Of a DNA stretch of 64,000 nucleotides, positions 1 to 13,504 are shown one piece after another. The notes beneath the pieces were generated by a model, which saw nothing but the letters and a program-made list of their open reading frames with translations, was not told where the DNA came from and ran no database searches. The DNA lies in assembly GCF_006345805.1 (NCBI RefSeq), contig NC_043006.1, forward strand, positions 48,050,001 to 48,114,000, in the 5' to 3' direction. This stretch comes from Octopus sinensis. Its lineage: Eukaryota. A program made the position numbers and the translations under genes. The first letter of the stretch is position 1; every line of letters starts with the position of its first letter.

Positions 1-432
1 CAATAGAATTCCAACTTACCGTAAAACTTGCAGACTATTTCTATTAATACTCTTTGTCATAATCACCTATATTTACTATTGTCTTTTAGTTTTGCTATTC
101 TTTTACAATTAGCAAACAACCTTTTTCCCGATACTGTCAGTGGATTGTTCTCCAATGCGCTAATATTGATTTCTAATTGTGGGACAACGTTAGCAACTTC
201 GAGAGAGGGGCTAAGTCGATTACCTCGACCCCGGTACTCAATTGAGACTTACTTCATCGATGAAAGGCAAAGTCGACCTCGGAATACATACGCGCAAATA
301 TTATGTTATCATTTTTATAATTATCAATTACTAAGCCAACCCCATTATAAAGCATATATTTATTACACATTTTACGTGAATGCTTTCGAAGCTTATATCT
401 CCATCAATATCACAAGAGAAATTAAACAGCTC

Positions 433-855
433 TTATTTCTTTATTGCTCACAAAGGGCTAAACATAGAAGGAACAAAGACAGACAAAGGGATTAAGTCGA
501 TTACATCGACCCCAGTGTGTAACTGGAACTTAATTTATCGACCCTGAATGGATGAAAGGCAAAGTCGGCCTCGGCGGAATTTGAACTCAGAACGTAACGG
601 CATACGAAATACCTATTTCACCTATTTCTTTACTACCCACAAGGGGCTAAACACAGAGGGGACAAACAAGGACAGACAAACGGATTAAGTCGATTACATC
701 GACCCCAGTGCGTAACTGGTACTTAATTTATCGACCCCGAAAGGATGAAAGGCAATGTCGACCTCGGCGGAATTTGAACTCAGAACGTAGCGACAGATGA
801 AATACCGCTAAGCATTTCGCCCGGCGTGCTAACGTTGCTGCCAGCTCGCCGCCTT
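433..855 (-). mobile_element. tRNA-derived SINE, family A (dimeric form)
   Basis: Reverse complement begins GGCGGCGAGCTGGCAG...GTTCTGAGTTCAAATTCC (A/B-box-like head), then the body ...AAGTACCAGTTACGCACTGGGGTCGAT and the tail CCCCTTGTGGGTAGTAAAGAAATAG, followed by a second 5'-truncated monomer. Many copies occur in the window. Confidence 0.9.
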
Positions 856-1561
856 CATCTCATCCTTTCATCTTACCTTTATCAAAATAATATTATTCAA
901 TAAGACTTTTACGCATTAGATGGACAAAACTTAATACTTAAAGCTATATACAATCGTTTACTCATCTTAAAGACTTACAGAGATTTAGAAATGAATATAT
1001 AAATACATTTTTCAAACGTGAAATAAGCCCTTGAACAAAATCAACCTGTGTAGAGTAACCAATAAATAATTCTTATCTTTATTTACTGTGCAAAGTCACC
1101 AGAAATATATATCTTCCGTTCTAAACCAATGGTCCTTTCAAACAAAATATATACATTACGCTTCTACTTTTCGGTGATATATATTAACTATTTCTCTTTA
1201 GCATTAATCATCGTCACAGTATATAGTTATATATTCAATTACTGCTCTATCTCTCTATTTGCCTTTCAGACCGTTTCCTAATTACATTTTATGGTACTTA
1301 TAGTATTGACGACATTTAAACAAATTTTATATTCAAACTGTATGATTAATTATTATTCAATCGGTATAAAGTATGGGTACTTATTTATCATTGTTCCTAT
1401 ATTCTTGTCATTTGAAGGTAACACAAACATACACGCACACGCGCGCACACACACATACAGACGCACACACTCAATCACACACATATGAAAGTATGAACGT
1501 ATATATGACTTTATAGCTCTACATGTATTTATATTATTCTTTTCTATTTCTCTCTCTTTCT

Positions 1562-1604
<43 letters not shown>

Positions 1605-1608
<4 letters not shown>

Positions 1609-1745
1609 AGGGAGAACAACAAACAGATGTATTAGTATAACGCTCTGGAAGTGAAAAAGTCTTTAGCGTTTCGAGCCTACGCTCTTCAACAGAAAGGAAC
1701 ACAGAAAGAGACAAGCAGAGAAAATAAAGAATGTGTAGTGGATAG
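1605..1745 (-). mobile_element. Solo Penelope-like pLTR fragment
   Basis: Contains GTATTAGTAT...GTCTTTAGCGTTTCGAGCCTACGCTCTTCAACAGAAAG, matching the pLTR ends at 50480-50560 and 54935-55020. Abuts (TA)n. Confidence 0.75.
1660..1697 (-). ncRNA. Minimal hammerhead ribozyme-like motif (variant core, mutated cleavage site)
   Basis: Minus strand reads CCTTT-CTGTTGA-A-GAGC-GTAG-GCTC-GAAA-CG-CT-AAAGA. Confidence 0.45.
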
Positions 1746-1752
1746 CGACCTA

Positions 1753-1791
1753 TATAGATAGATATATAGAGAGATAGATAGACAGACAGAC

Positions 1792-1886
<95 letters not shown>

Positions 1887-1930
1887 GATAGAGGGAAAGA
1901 TAGACAGACAGAGAAAGAGAGAGAGAGAGA
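1753..1930. repeat. (GATA)n/(GA)n microsatellite
   Basis: Direct tandem GATA run grading into GA. Confidence 0.95.
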
Positions 1931-2087
1931 TGCAAAAGCAGATTCCACCGTTTTCTGGGTGTAGACACTCACGTATACCTGAATATATATTTTTATCTAT
2001 CTGCCTATTTATCCATCGTTTTATTTATCTACAATCTGTCTATCTCTTGTCTCTCACTCTTACCCTCTCTCTTTCTCTCTCTCTCTC

Positions 2088-2171
<84 letters not shown>

Positions 2172-2190
2172 AATATATGTATAAATATAT

Positions 2191-2448
2191 AAATTATATT
2201 TAGGGTACCTAAGAGATACCATCAAGCTGGAAATAGCAGTCAAAACATGACTCTAATACCACATGAAATGTTCATAGAGCACCAGGAGAGAAGACAAAGA
2301 GACAAAATAAATGAGTTTTTTGCTAGTTTATTTTCTCTCTTTGTCTTCTTTCCTGGTGCTGTATGAACATTTAATGTGGTTTTAGAGTCAAATTTTGACT
2401 GCTATTTCCAGCGTGGTGGTATCTCTTAGATACCCTAAATCATAATTT
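2191..2448. repeat. Foldback (palindromic) element, ~120-bp arms
   Basis: 2191-2311 is the imperfect reverse complement of 2327-2448, with a ~15-nt spacer. Confidence 0.85.
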
Positions 2449-2584
2449 TAATAATAATTATTACCTTTGAAGGTTTTTATACTCATGCTGGCCACCTGAT
2501 AACATCGGTATTTAAATATCTATCTTATCCTTATATATATCTATATATATATAGATATATATTACATAACTTTGATAACTTTGA

Positions 2585-2716
2585 GAGAGGAAAGGGACAA
2601 GAAAACCCAAGGCCAGACGAATATATCTGGTGATTTATAATAATTTAATTGGGGCAAATTATTATAAATGACTTGAGATGTTCGTCCTGCCTTGGTTTTT
2701 GTTGTCCTTTTCCTCT
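2585..2716. repeat. Foldback element, ~60-bp arms
   Basis: GAGGAAAGGGACAAGAAAACCCAAGGCCAGACGAA...ATTTATAATAATT is mirrored by AATTATTATAAAT...TTCGTCCTGCCTTGGTTTTTGTTGTCCTTTTCCTC. Confidence 0.8.
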
Positions 2717-4274
2717 GATATATACCTCTTAACACGGAAGCCTAATAGAGATCCCTAGCTCCAGCTTCAGCTCTGAACTTGGAATCTAAAGGGTGACCAA
2801 TTATAGCACTTACACAGCGTACTTATCCGTTTAGGTTCCCAGTGAACTAAACCCCTCATATTCTTCATATGTGTATATATATATATATAAATTAGAAAAA
2901 AAAACACCTTTTATCAATTCAAAATGAACAATTAAATTATACCATCTAGAAAATTACATATAATAGAAAAAATAAAATTAAAATAATAATAAAATGTCAA
3001 AGATTAAGTAAATTGCATAAAGTGATAAAAACGTATATAATAGGTAGAAAAAAGGTGGAGTTTTTTCTAATTTTTTATATATATATTATATTGTGTGAAA
3101 TTTGATTTAGTATTTCTAAATTGAATTTTTTCCTTGTAAATTTGGGATTTTATTCCCTCAAATAATAATAATTATATATATATATATATATATATATACA
3201 TACATATATACACACATATATATATTCATACATACATATATACATACACACATATATACATACACTCATACATTTATACACGCGCGTATGTCTAACTTCT
3301 TATATACGTGTTTATGTGCGCGTGCGCAAGAGTATGGTCATTTGATCACTTTTCTATCGCAACAGAAAGATCATTAGGTAATTATATTTACAAACGCCTT
3401 TAGTAATGAAATTACACAAAACGCATTTAGCCAACCCACACAGCTGTTGTTGTTCTTTTTTTACCAATGTTTATTTCCTTCATCCTGATATTTTTAGCGT
3501 TCAACTTGACAATCGAACTGGAAATCTTGTAAGTCAGCTCTAAAGTTACATTTGAATGCGACAAACAGGAAAAATGGTAACATCAAACTTTTTGATTTGA
3601 CACCAAAGAATTAGAGAATATTTGCATCATGGAAGGTGACATGTATGTGTTACTGTTGTACTAAAATTAATAATGTCCACACTCACAGCAACCACAAAAC
3701 ATAGAGAAAAAAAAACATGGGATATGATACATGACATGTTTATATAGAAATGACAAACAACAACAATATAAGATTAATGTAAATTCATTTCCTTAGAATA
3801 TTTCTTGTAAAATATGATATATTTGTATTTTTCCTTTGCTTTTTTAGTTTCAAAAATGTCTGGTTCAATAGAGATGTCACGAAAGCTAAAACATATCCAG
3901 TAATTTACAACTGGCTGCGGACGATTAAATATAGACAAGATTTTTCGGTATTTCAGGCAGGAATTTGATGTGATTATTTCTTTCGTGGTGCCACGACGAT
4001 CAATGAGATACTTTGTCTCGATTGTTTTCCTTTGCTTTTCTTGGTTATCATCTCCATTTTTTATAATAAGTTCAATGTTTTACAAATGAAACAACCTTTT
4101 TACTGGAAAACACAAACATTGTCCGTTGCGCTTAATTTTTTTTTTTTTTTTTTGCATTTCAGTAAGCATATTTTCATCAGCGATTGTGTCTAAACTTCTT
4201 ATATAGTACTATATATACACATACATCATATAGGTAGCTAGATAAAGAAAAATATCCGCAGAGATATAAAAACG

Positions 4275-4309
4275 TGTGTATATATGTATATATACATGCA
4301 TCTGTATGG

Positions 4310-4350
<41 letters not shown>

Positions 4351-4968
4351 CACACGGACACATAAACTTATATACACACATATGTGTATGTATGTATGTA
4401 TGTATGTATGTATGTATGTATGTATTTATGCATCATGCGTACAGAAAGAGTTATGCTCATCTGTCGTAATCATGTGGTTTCGCGTTCATCAGTTTGCAGT
4501 TATATACACAAATTATTTTCTACGCATACACGCATACATATTTGGTCATATATATATAAATACACACACACGCATATATATATATATATATATAAACATA
4601 TACATATATATACATTATATATATATACATATGTATATATATATATACATATATATATATACATATATATATATATACATATATATATACATATATATAT
4701 ATATAATCATATATATACTAATATATACATTATATATACATATATATATATACATATATATAAAAAATATAATATACATACATATATATATAAATATACA
4801 CACATATATATATATATATATATACATAATATATATATACATATATATATATATACACATATATATATATACATATATATATATTATATATACAATATAT
4901 TACACACATATATATATATGTATATATATATCTTGTGATGGGAACACTATTTCATATATTCATATATG

Positions 4969-5017
<49 letters not shown>

Positions 5018-5025
5018 TACATATA
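4275..5025. repeat. Compound (TA)n/(TATG)n/(TACA)n microsatellite field
   Basis: Directly visible. It is the source of the Y/I-rich ORF artefacts. Confidence 0.95.
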
Positions 5026-5702
5026 TGAAATAGTGCTCCCAGCACAAGCTTCAATGAAACCCGAAGAGAAATCAAGCTGTCGACAAACAATGTCCCAAAC
5101 TTTAAAACTACAGGCAGCAGAAATTGGTAATTCTCGAAGTATTGAATATCGAACATATCGAGTTTTAGATGTTGAGATTAATCTTACCATAATTCTTGGT
5201 TCCGATATTCTTTTCTAACACCCATGTTTGTATTATATTACCATATATTTCAGATACTGTCATATTCTAAATGTTTTTTTGTTTTTCATTGGGGGCATAA
5301 CTCTGCCTTCTAGGCTCATCGCATTACGATAATAATATAAATGTTTACGTCATATCTATAATTTTACCGACGGCATATATTATTGTAAGTGAAAAGAAAT
5401 GGCTTCAGCCTCTCTTCTAAATGCATTGTTTTTTCGTCTAATTTATGTATTTATTTATTTTATAGTTTGTTGCAGCGGGTGAGCAATCGCGTTTGTATAA
5501 CAGATTTTTTTAACAGGCGAAATACGAGATCAATTCATGCTGGGTGATGGAAATCAAATAAGATTGTCTACAACTCAAACAAGGAAGAATGTCACAAACA
5601 ACTTGGTTTGAAGAGTAGAGACCTTAGGTTTTCTTTTCATTTTGTTAGTTGTTTAAAATAAGAAGATACTGTCGGATCTTTCATCACTCCTTGATATCTG
5701 AG

Positions 5703-5767
<65 letters not shown>

Positions 5768-6293
5768 GGGTGGCTTGTTCTCAATTTTGCATCCGAAAGG
5801 TTAAAATATATACATCCCTAAAATGACTATATTGCATATATTCGATACAGAGAGAAGAGGAGGGAGAGAGAAAAACTGAGATGATACAGTGGTGAGAGGT
5901 AACACAAAAGATGCAAGATGAGTGCATATAACAGGCATGGTGGCAGACCGTGTGCAAATGAACTCTACAAACACACGTATCCGACAAAAGGCTTGGGATC
6001 ATGGAGGCAGAGAAGAAAGAGAGAGAGACAGAGAGTGCATTGCATATATTTGTATTCATTCATTTTTTAAACGTTTAAATATTGTTTTATCTGATTTTGT
6101 GTTAAGATAAATTAGTATTTATCGTATCATCTAGTGCCTTAATACATTTTATAAAAGTTAAATTATAATTATTGCATAAATAACATATAACCTGATATTC
6201 TGCTTGCTAGTACCGATATACATTCACATTCATACAAACATGTATACATATATATATTTATTGGCTAAACAGGCAAAATGACCATTCCGAAAT

Positions 6294-6334
<41 letters not shown>

Positions 6335-8780
6335 CATATGTATGCTCATATATGTTTGAACTATAATTACACTATGACCATTTAATACCAATGATCAACT
6401 TGTTAATTGTTGCTCCATTTCTTCTCTTATCAGAATATATTAAACAACGGTCCACCGTTGAAATTTCCAATTACTGTTGGATACATTTATCCCTTAGACG
6501 ATTGCACAATCTCTAACTCATAATTTTACTTAGATATATAAATACATACATACATACATATATGCATGCATACATACATAAATATATATATATATACACA
6601 CACACATATTTATATGCATATATATGAGGGTAAATAGATATGAATGTAAACAGATAGACGTACAGATACATAGGTAATGGAAAATATGACCAGACAAGCA
6701 CACACACACGCGCGCACACACATACACAAACGGACTACATACATACATACACATAAACACACATGGATATATGTGTGCATATTTGCATGTATGTATGTAT
6801 GTATACATTCTCACATATACACACACTTATATATATATATATATATATTCAAAACAAGTTGAAGCAGGTATAAAACACTATCTGAACAAATGAAATACGG
6901 GTGGTCCTAACTGGTATTTTTTTGTTCAAATACCTTTCTGCCTAATCAGGATTAAATTGGTTATGCATTTGAGTTTTTAGAATAAATGTTTTGATCTTGA
7001 ACTCGTACGTTGTTCCAGTGGCAGGTTTTCCTTCCGTCAAGTTATACGTTTGTTTTTCGCTAATTTTCGTCACTGGTCGGCAGTCCCTCGAAGCATGCAT
7101 CCTCTATTCTCAACAACTTTAATAATGTGAACCATAAATTTCAGTATTGATCAGTTAGTTTTTAAACATATATCTTGACAATCTTAACAACAAATTTACA
7201 AAAAATTAAAACGGATATATGAAGCCCCAAAAAGATGACATCAAAATACTAAGGTTTTGACAGACTTTGATCATATATATTTACATAGCTTGAGACTGAG
7301 AAAAGTTGTCTTTCTCGTGTTGAGGTTGATGCAACTTCTATTGCAAGGCGCTGAGGCTGCGAGCGAACAGATGCCTGTCAGATGTTCATACTGAGAAGTG
7401 AACCATCACGGAAAAGCTTTCATGTGAGAAGAGAGTTCGGGTAGTAGAGTGACATTTACCACCCACTACCAATCAAAGGCATCATATCTAACATAAATAT
7501 GACTTTTAAAACATGCAAGGGAATGGAACGCTTAAGTAGCAATATCAAAGCTCGTTAATGGTGTAAATAATACGAAACTGCGGCGATTTGAATTTCTATA
7601 AGCATGAAAATATTTGCTACCCTATAAAGCATTCATTATAAATATTCTATAAAGGATTTCCGTTTTAAGAAACAAAAACAATATCCATTGTGAAACAATT
7701 TGAGTGCAGCCTTACTCGAGACTAGAAATAGTGAAAGTTTCAAATCCCTCCTAAAGATTCTCAAAGGGGAACTCTGAGCTGATAATATAAATGCAGATAT
7801 ATTATGCGTCGAAATGAGGAAATAGTTATGGCTAGAAATCTTTTCCGTAGTCATTTTAACCCATGCATGACCAAGAGTTAAATAAGCCGAATATAATATC
7901 CATTATGATGTAGCATTCTTATTTGTTGACTCATAAATATTTCAGACGCTATCGAGAAAATGCCTTCCGTACTAAAAAACAGATACTAATCTGTCATGTC
8001 ATGATGAGCTGGAAGCGCGTTAGGTTTGAAGTAAATTCGACGAAATTTACGTTGGAATATATGTAAGCGAAAGGGATATTCATAGAAAAATAGTTATCTT
8101 CATTTATGAGAACGAGTTATTAAAGCAAAAGGAATTATGTGTGAGGTGGTACAGTAACAAGAAAAATTGAAATGTTATTTAGGATAGATGATGGAGTCAT
8201 ATGAGCACGGATGCTTTTCTCGATTGCGGTAGTTATAAAAAAAATACGATTAAGTTAAAAAGAAAGCCTAAAGGAAGCAATTTTGAGAGACTCTGGGTGC
8301 TTAGCAGAATATGATATGAACAATGACAATAACAACAGCACCATAAATGATATTCATTGTAGGGAGAGATATAAATAGAAAATATATAACAATTGGCGAA
8401 AAGAAAAACAGCTCACTGCAGTAAAACAAAACTAATCACAATAACAACCACCAAATATCAGATTTCTGGACAACAGCGGTAACATCGTCATCAACGACAA
8501 TGACAATTTCAATCACGACTGATGGTTGAGATAATGAATGAAATTAGAGAAGATTCGAGTAACTTTACTCCAGTTAGTTTTTTTTATAAGTGAATGATAA
8601 ACACTAGAGTTACATGGACATTGGATAATGATTATCATTCAAGTCTTCATTTTCCACCCATCTCCTATCTTTTATGCTATTATAAGATTTTTGTGTTTGT
8701 GTATTTTTTCTCTACAATCTCACAAATATTTACAGCTCTATGTATTTGTGTGCGTGAGTACATTGACACAAGCATATATA

Positions 8781-8821
<41 letters not shown>

Positions 8822-8893
8822 CGTACGTGTGTAGCTAATATATATATGTGCGTGTGCGTGTGTCTATGTATATATATATATAATGCGTATATA

Positions 8894-8925
<32 letters not shown>

Positions 8926-8933
8926 GATATATT

Positions 8934-8965
<32 letters not shown>

Positions 8966-8977
8966 AAATATATATGA

Positions 8978-9018
<41 letters not shown>

Positions 9019-9823
9019 TATATATATATGTAGATATATGTGTGTGTCTGTGTCTGAGCATTTGTGCTCATACAGATGTATTGTGTGTGTGTGTGTGTAA
9101 TGAATAGAGTATCTAAATGCATGTATGGGCACTATTTTCATATTATGCATTTTTGCGAGTGATATATGCATAAGTGCGTAAACCACTGTAACTTTCCAAC
9201 TCTAAATAAGGCCCATGTAAACACTTGTCTATGGACACATGATGGTTAGATTTATTTACTGCCTTAACATGAGACGCACCACCATTGCAAGTATATGCGC
9301 CGGCATACACACAGACACCACAGATTCATAGTACCAAGCAGATACTCATCCATACATACATATATATTCCTGGATTTCCTGCAATCAATCCCTGCATCAA
9401 AGCTGCCATCATTACCACTGTTATCAATATAACATAAACATCAAACAACAGATACACAGTGAAGAATATGGACACGAAGCGAAAGGCTATAACCTAATCA
9501 TTCAGTTGAAAAAGCGATTATCAGAATGACCACCACAAACTACGAGGATATCACAGTATAGTGAATCATAGAATCGACAGTTACTAGGTGATCGTATGAA
9601 TTTTGATTTCTGTGGTTATAAAACGTGTGGTTCAGCGTGTCTCCGAAACTAGTAGGTATATGTTTCGATAGTCAAGGAACTTATTTTTAAAGTAAAGTAC
9701 ATGAACTGAATAATTTAAGAGCAAATTTCGAAAGTCTTAAATCAGCGAGAGGCTAAATCTCCAGAAAGGCGTATAGCGTCCATTGTTTTAAAGAAAAATC
9801 GAGAGAGAAATAATCTAATCATA

Positions 9824-10069
9824 GGCGTAGAAGTGGCTGTGTTGTAAGTAGCTTGCTTACGAACCACATCGTTCCGGGTTCAGTCCCACTGCGTGGCTAC
9901 TTGGGCAAGTGTCTTCAATTATAGAAACCTTGTGAGTGGATTTGGTAGACGGAAACCGGAAAGAAGCCCGTCATATATATGTGTATATATATATATATGT
10001 ATATATATGTATATATATATATGTTATATATATATATATATATAATATATATATATATATATGTATATA

Positions 10070-10137
<68 letters not shown>

Positions 10138-10821
10138 AAAAGGGTGAAATATAATTAATTTAATAAAATTAATAAATTTCACCTAGTAGTTTTATCGTTA
10201 TGGAAAAGACCATATTTGGTAAGGATTATATTAATTATAATAAAGGGTTAATTGCAACAAGTTGCTTAAAACCACATACCGAAAATATTAGAAATGGCAG
10301 CCAAATAGGTCACCATTTCTCCTACTAGTAAAAAAGTATGTATATCTTTGTATATTGTACGCTATTACTCCCATACAATAAATCTGCGGAACTTCGTTTC
10401 GCTGATAATGTTTTTGCAACTCACGTGGTAATTTTGGAGGGAGATACGATTTCGCTTGTCTATATAAATGTAGTGATGCTGGCAGACCACTATACTGTTC
10501 GGTGTCGCCTGACCGAGCCGGTATAGTAGGTGAGTCGTTTTTCCCCCAGCATTTCTAGATTTATAGGAAATATTATATTGACAAGGAAATGAACCTCTGG
10601 TTCTAATCCAGAAACGAATTTTCGTCTATAATTAATCCAAATGGGCTGTGATTGCGTTATTTTCTTTCTCTTTGCCATTTACGAGTTGCAAATTCTGATT
10701 GTTTGTGGAGACTTTTTTACTAGTAGGAGAAATGGTGACCTATTTGGCTGCCATTTCTAATATTTTCGGTATGTGGTTTTGAGCAACTTGTTGCAATTAA
10801 CCCTTTATTATAATTAATATA

Positions 10822-10857
<36 letters not shown>

Positions 10858-11082
10858 TATGTGTGTGTGTGTGTGTATACGTTTGTGTCTGTGTTTGTCC
10901 CCAACATAGCTTAACAACCGATGCTGGTGTGTTTATGTCCCCGTAACTTAGCGGTTCGGCAAAAGAGACCGATAGAATAAGTACTAGGTTTACAAAGAAT
11001 AAGTCCTGGGGTCGATTTGCCCGACTAAAGGCGGTGCCCCAGCATGGCAACATTCAAATAACTGAAACAATTAAAGCGAGTA
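9824..11082 (+). mobile_element. tRNA-derived SINE, family B, interrupted inside its internal microsatellite
   Basis: Head GGCGTAGAAGTGGCTGTGTTGTAAGTAG...GGGTTCAGTCCC at 9824-9972. The 3' half (TTTGTCCCC...ACCGATGCTGG...CTGAAACAA) resumes at ~10890. Confidence 0.85.
10228..10822. mobile_element. ~600-bp non-autonomous element with ~110-bp terminal inverted repeats
   Basis: 10228-10338 (ATATTAATTATAATAAAGGGTT...CTACTAGTAAAAAAG) is the near-perfect reverse complement of 10712-10822. A related copy lies at 43503-43865. Confidence 0.8.
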
Positions 11083-11983
11083 ACAGATAGAAATTTGAAA
11101 TTTGGGGATTTCAATACACATAGAAGAAAACAAGCGAAAGGCCAAGAGTAGGAAGTAATATACATTTGTGTATGTTTTCTGTTTGCGTTGGCGTAGGGGA
11201 GGGATAAATTAAAGCAAATATAAATTAACAATGAATTTAGTAAGGTCTAATATATGTGCGCCAAAATATGCACCAATATCGAAGCATTATCTAAGCCAAA
11301 TTAGATTTCCTATGAGAAAAACTAAACAATACAAATGTAAGTGATACTCACAAACCTTGAATTCACTCACACTTTCTACTCAATAACACTGAAGGTCAAC
11401 TCAGCATAACGAGACTAAAGATATGAGAAATTCACAATCAAGCATAACAAAGGTGTATTCCCATCGCCAAGCGAATATCACAATGATTTCGTAGCTGAGC
11501 AGGACCATTCCGTCAGGGAGAAGGGGGCGGGGTGGCAACAGTTTTAAGAATATAAACGCTGCTTGGTAATCCACCAGTTTATTACTATAAGTAAAAGCAT
11601 CAGAGTAAAACACAGTGATAACTTATTGCAGCAGAATAGTTCTTATAACAAAGAATATATTCCAAAAGGGACATTCATACAATATAACAATCACAGATCA
11701 CTAGATACTTTGTTTCTCAATGATATCACGCCAAAGAACAAGACGTATAAAGGCGAATGGAACAATACATCTGGTAAACAACGTCCTAGAACAATGTACA
11801 ATGAAACGGACAAGTTCAGATCGATATCTATAAAACATTGTTCAATACCATGAAATATATTAACCAAATAAATTAGTAATTAAAAGTAAAACAATAAAAT
11901 ATAAGGAACACAGAAACTAAAATTAAATTATAAAACGTTATGTATATATATATGTATGTATATATATATATATATATATATAT

Positions 11984-12017
<34 letters not shown>

Positions 12018-12451
12018 CTAAAATAACTATTAACTCGTCCTTACTACAAGTGACAGAATAATAGGCCTAACTCTAACAAATAATATGAAAGCGCAATTTT
12101 GCCCCATAATCTGCCTTTGATGTATAATACATAGCGCTGGGGTGAACAGCAATTCATTGATAAGACCCTCTTTTTTATCAAATAATTAAAACACATTTTC
12201 ACTAACTTGATTCGAAACCACATCATAGCTACCATCACTGGAATATATGTGGAATCTTACGCATTCCTGTACCTTTGTCATTTGACTAGCACATGTGGGT
12301 GTGCCTGTGTATGTGAGTGTGGACACATGTGTGCATGTGAGTGTGTGTGTTTTTGTGTGAGTGCGTGTGTGTGTGTGTGGCACAAGCCTATGCGTTCACA
12401 AAAGATGGTAAAATGCACACGCACGCACGCACGCACACACAAGCACACATG

Positions 12452-12494
<43 letters not shown>

Positions 12495-13504
12495 CTGTCC
12501 GTGTGTGTATGTATAATGAGAAATTGAAAAGAATGCATATCTCTGACCCACTGTCCACCTAACTTTCCTTTTACATATTCACATGTATATGTGTGCTTAA
12601 GTATACATTTGCATACGTACACACACACAAACACTCATATATATATATATATATATATACATATATGTACACAAACATATATGTATACAAACATACATAC
12701 ATAACTACATATATTCACACATATGTACACAGAAACTATCTAATACATTTGCCTTTTCTTAAAACCTCATTATACATATCTCCTTCCATTAATATTATAT
12801 GACCCTGCATTACCGTTCCCTCCTTTATCTGTTAGCACTCCACCTAAAATTTGCTCGTTTCATTTATTTATTTTTCTCTCTGTGTTTTAATCTCATCCTA
12901 TTATTCCCTTCTGTCTTTCTCTGGTCTTTTCGTCTCTCGATTTTCCTCTCTACCGTTACTCTTCAGTCTCTGCTTCTGTTTCTCTCTTTATATATTAATG
13001 TGAATCTGTTTCGTACTCTTCTCATGTTTCTACTTCCTGTTTCCCTATCATTACATATCTGCTTTGTTTAATTATTAACCTTAAAAGATTCGAACGAAAC
13101 AGTGTATGAAGTGCACAAAGATACAATAAACAAAGAAGCTAAGCGAAAATAGAAATATACTCGTAAAATGTGTGAAATAAGGCTTTCAGTCATAACAAAA
13201 TGCCATTTTTGGTGGAAGATAAGGAAGAAACCTATACAAGGAAATAAATATGGAAAGGGTAAATCCTCCACCTAGAGATTGAAGAGAGAAAAAATAAAAG
13301 GCTAGCCAATAAATATTAAATATCTAAATCGTAAAGGGAAGGTAATCGGTGCCTCTTTAATAAGATTACTATGTTACGCTATTGGAGTTCGAATCCACTG
13401 TAAGTGTTTCGATTCTTTATTTTATTCTTTTTCTTTCTTTTTTTTGTTTTGTTTTGAGAGAACTCTAGGCGCAGGGGTGACTGTGTGATAAGTAGCTTGC
13501 TTAC

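Noticed and set aside
983-1045. Minus-strand exon candidate VDFVQGLISRLKN
   Set aside because: It has plausible splice signals but is on the opposite strand to the other candidates, which shows that such matches arise by chance in AT-rich DNA.
5466-5610. Exon after a strong acceptor at 5465 (FVAAG.. / LLQRVSN..)
   Set aside because: Several competing acceptors, donors and frames, so boundaries cannot be defined.
6940-7110. Minus-strand peptide TYNLTEGKPATGTTYEFKIKT resembling an FN3 strand
   Set aside because: The frame is short, there is no credible acceptor site, and the resemblance could be chance.
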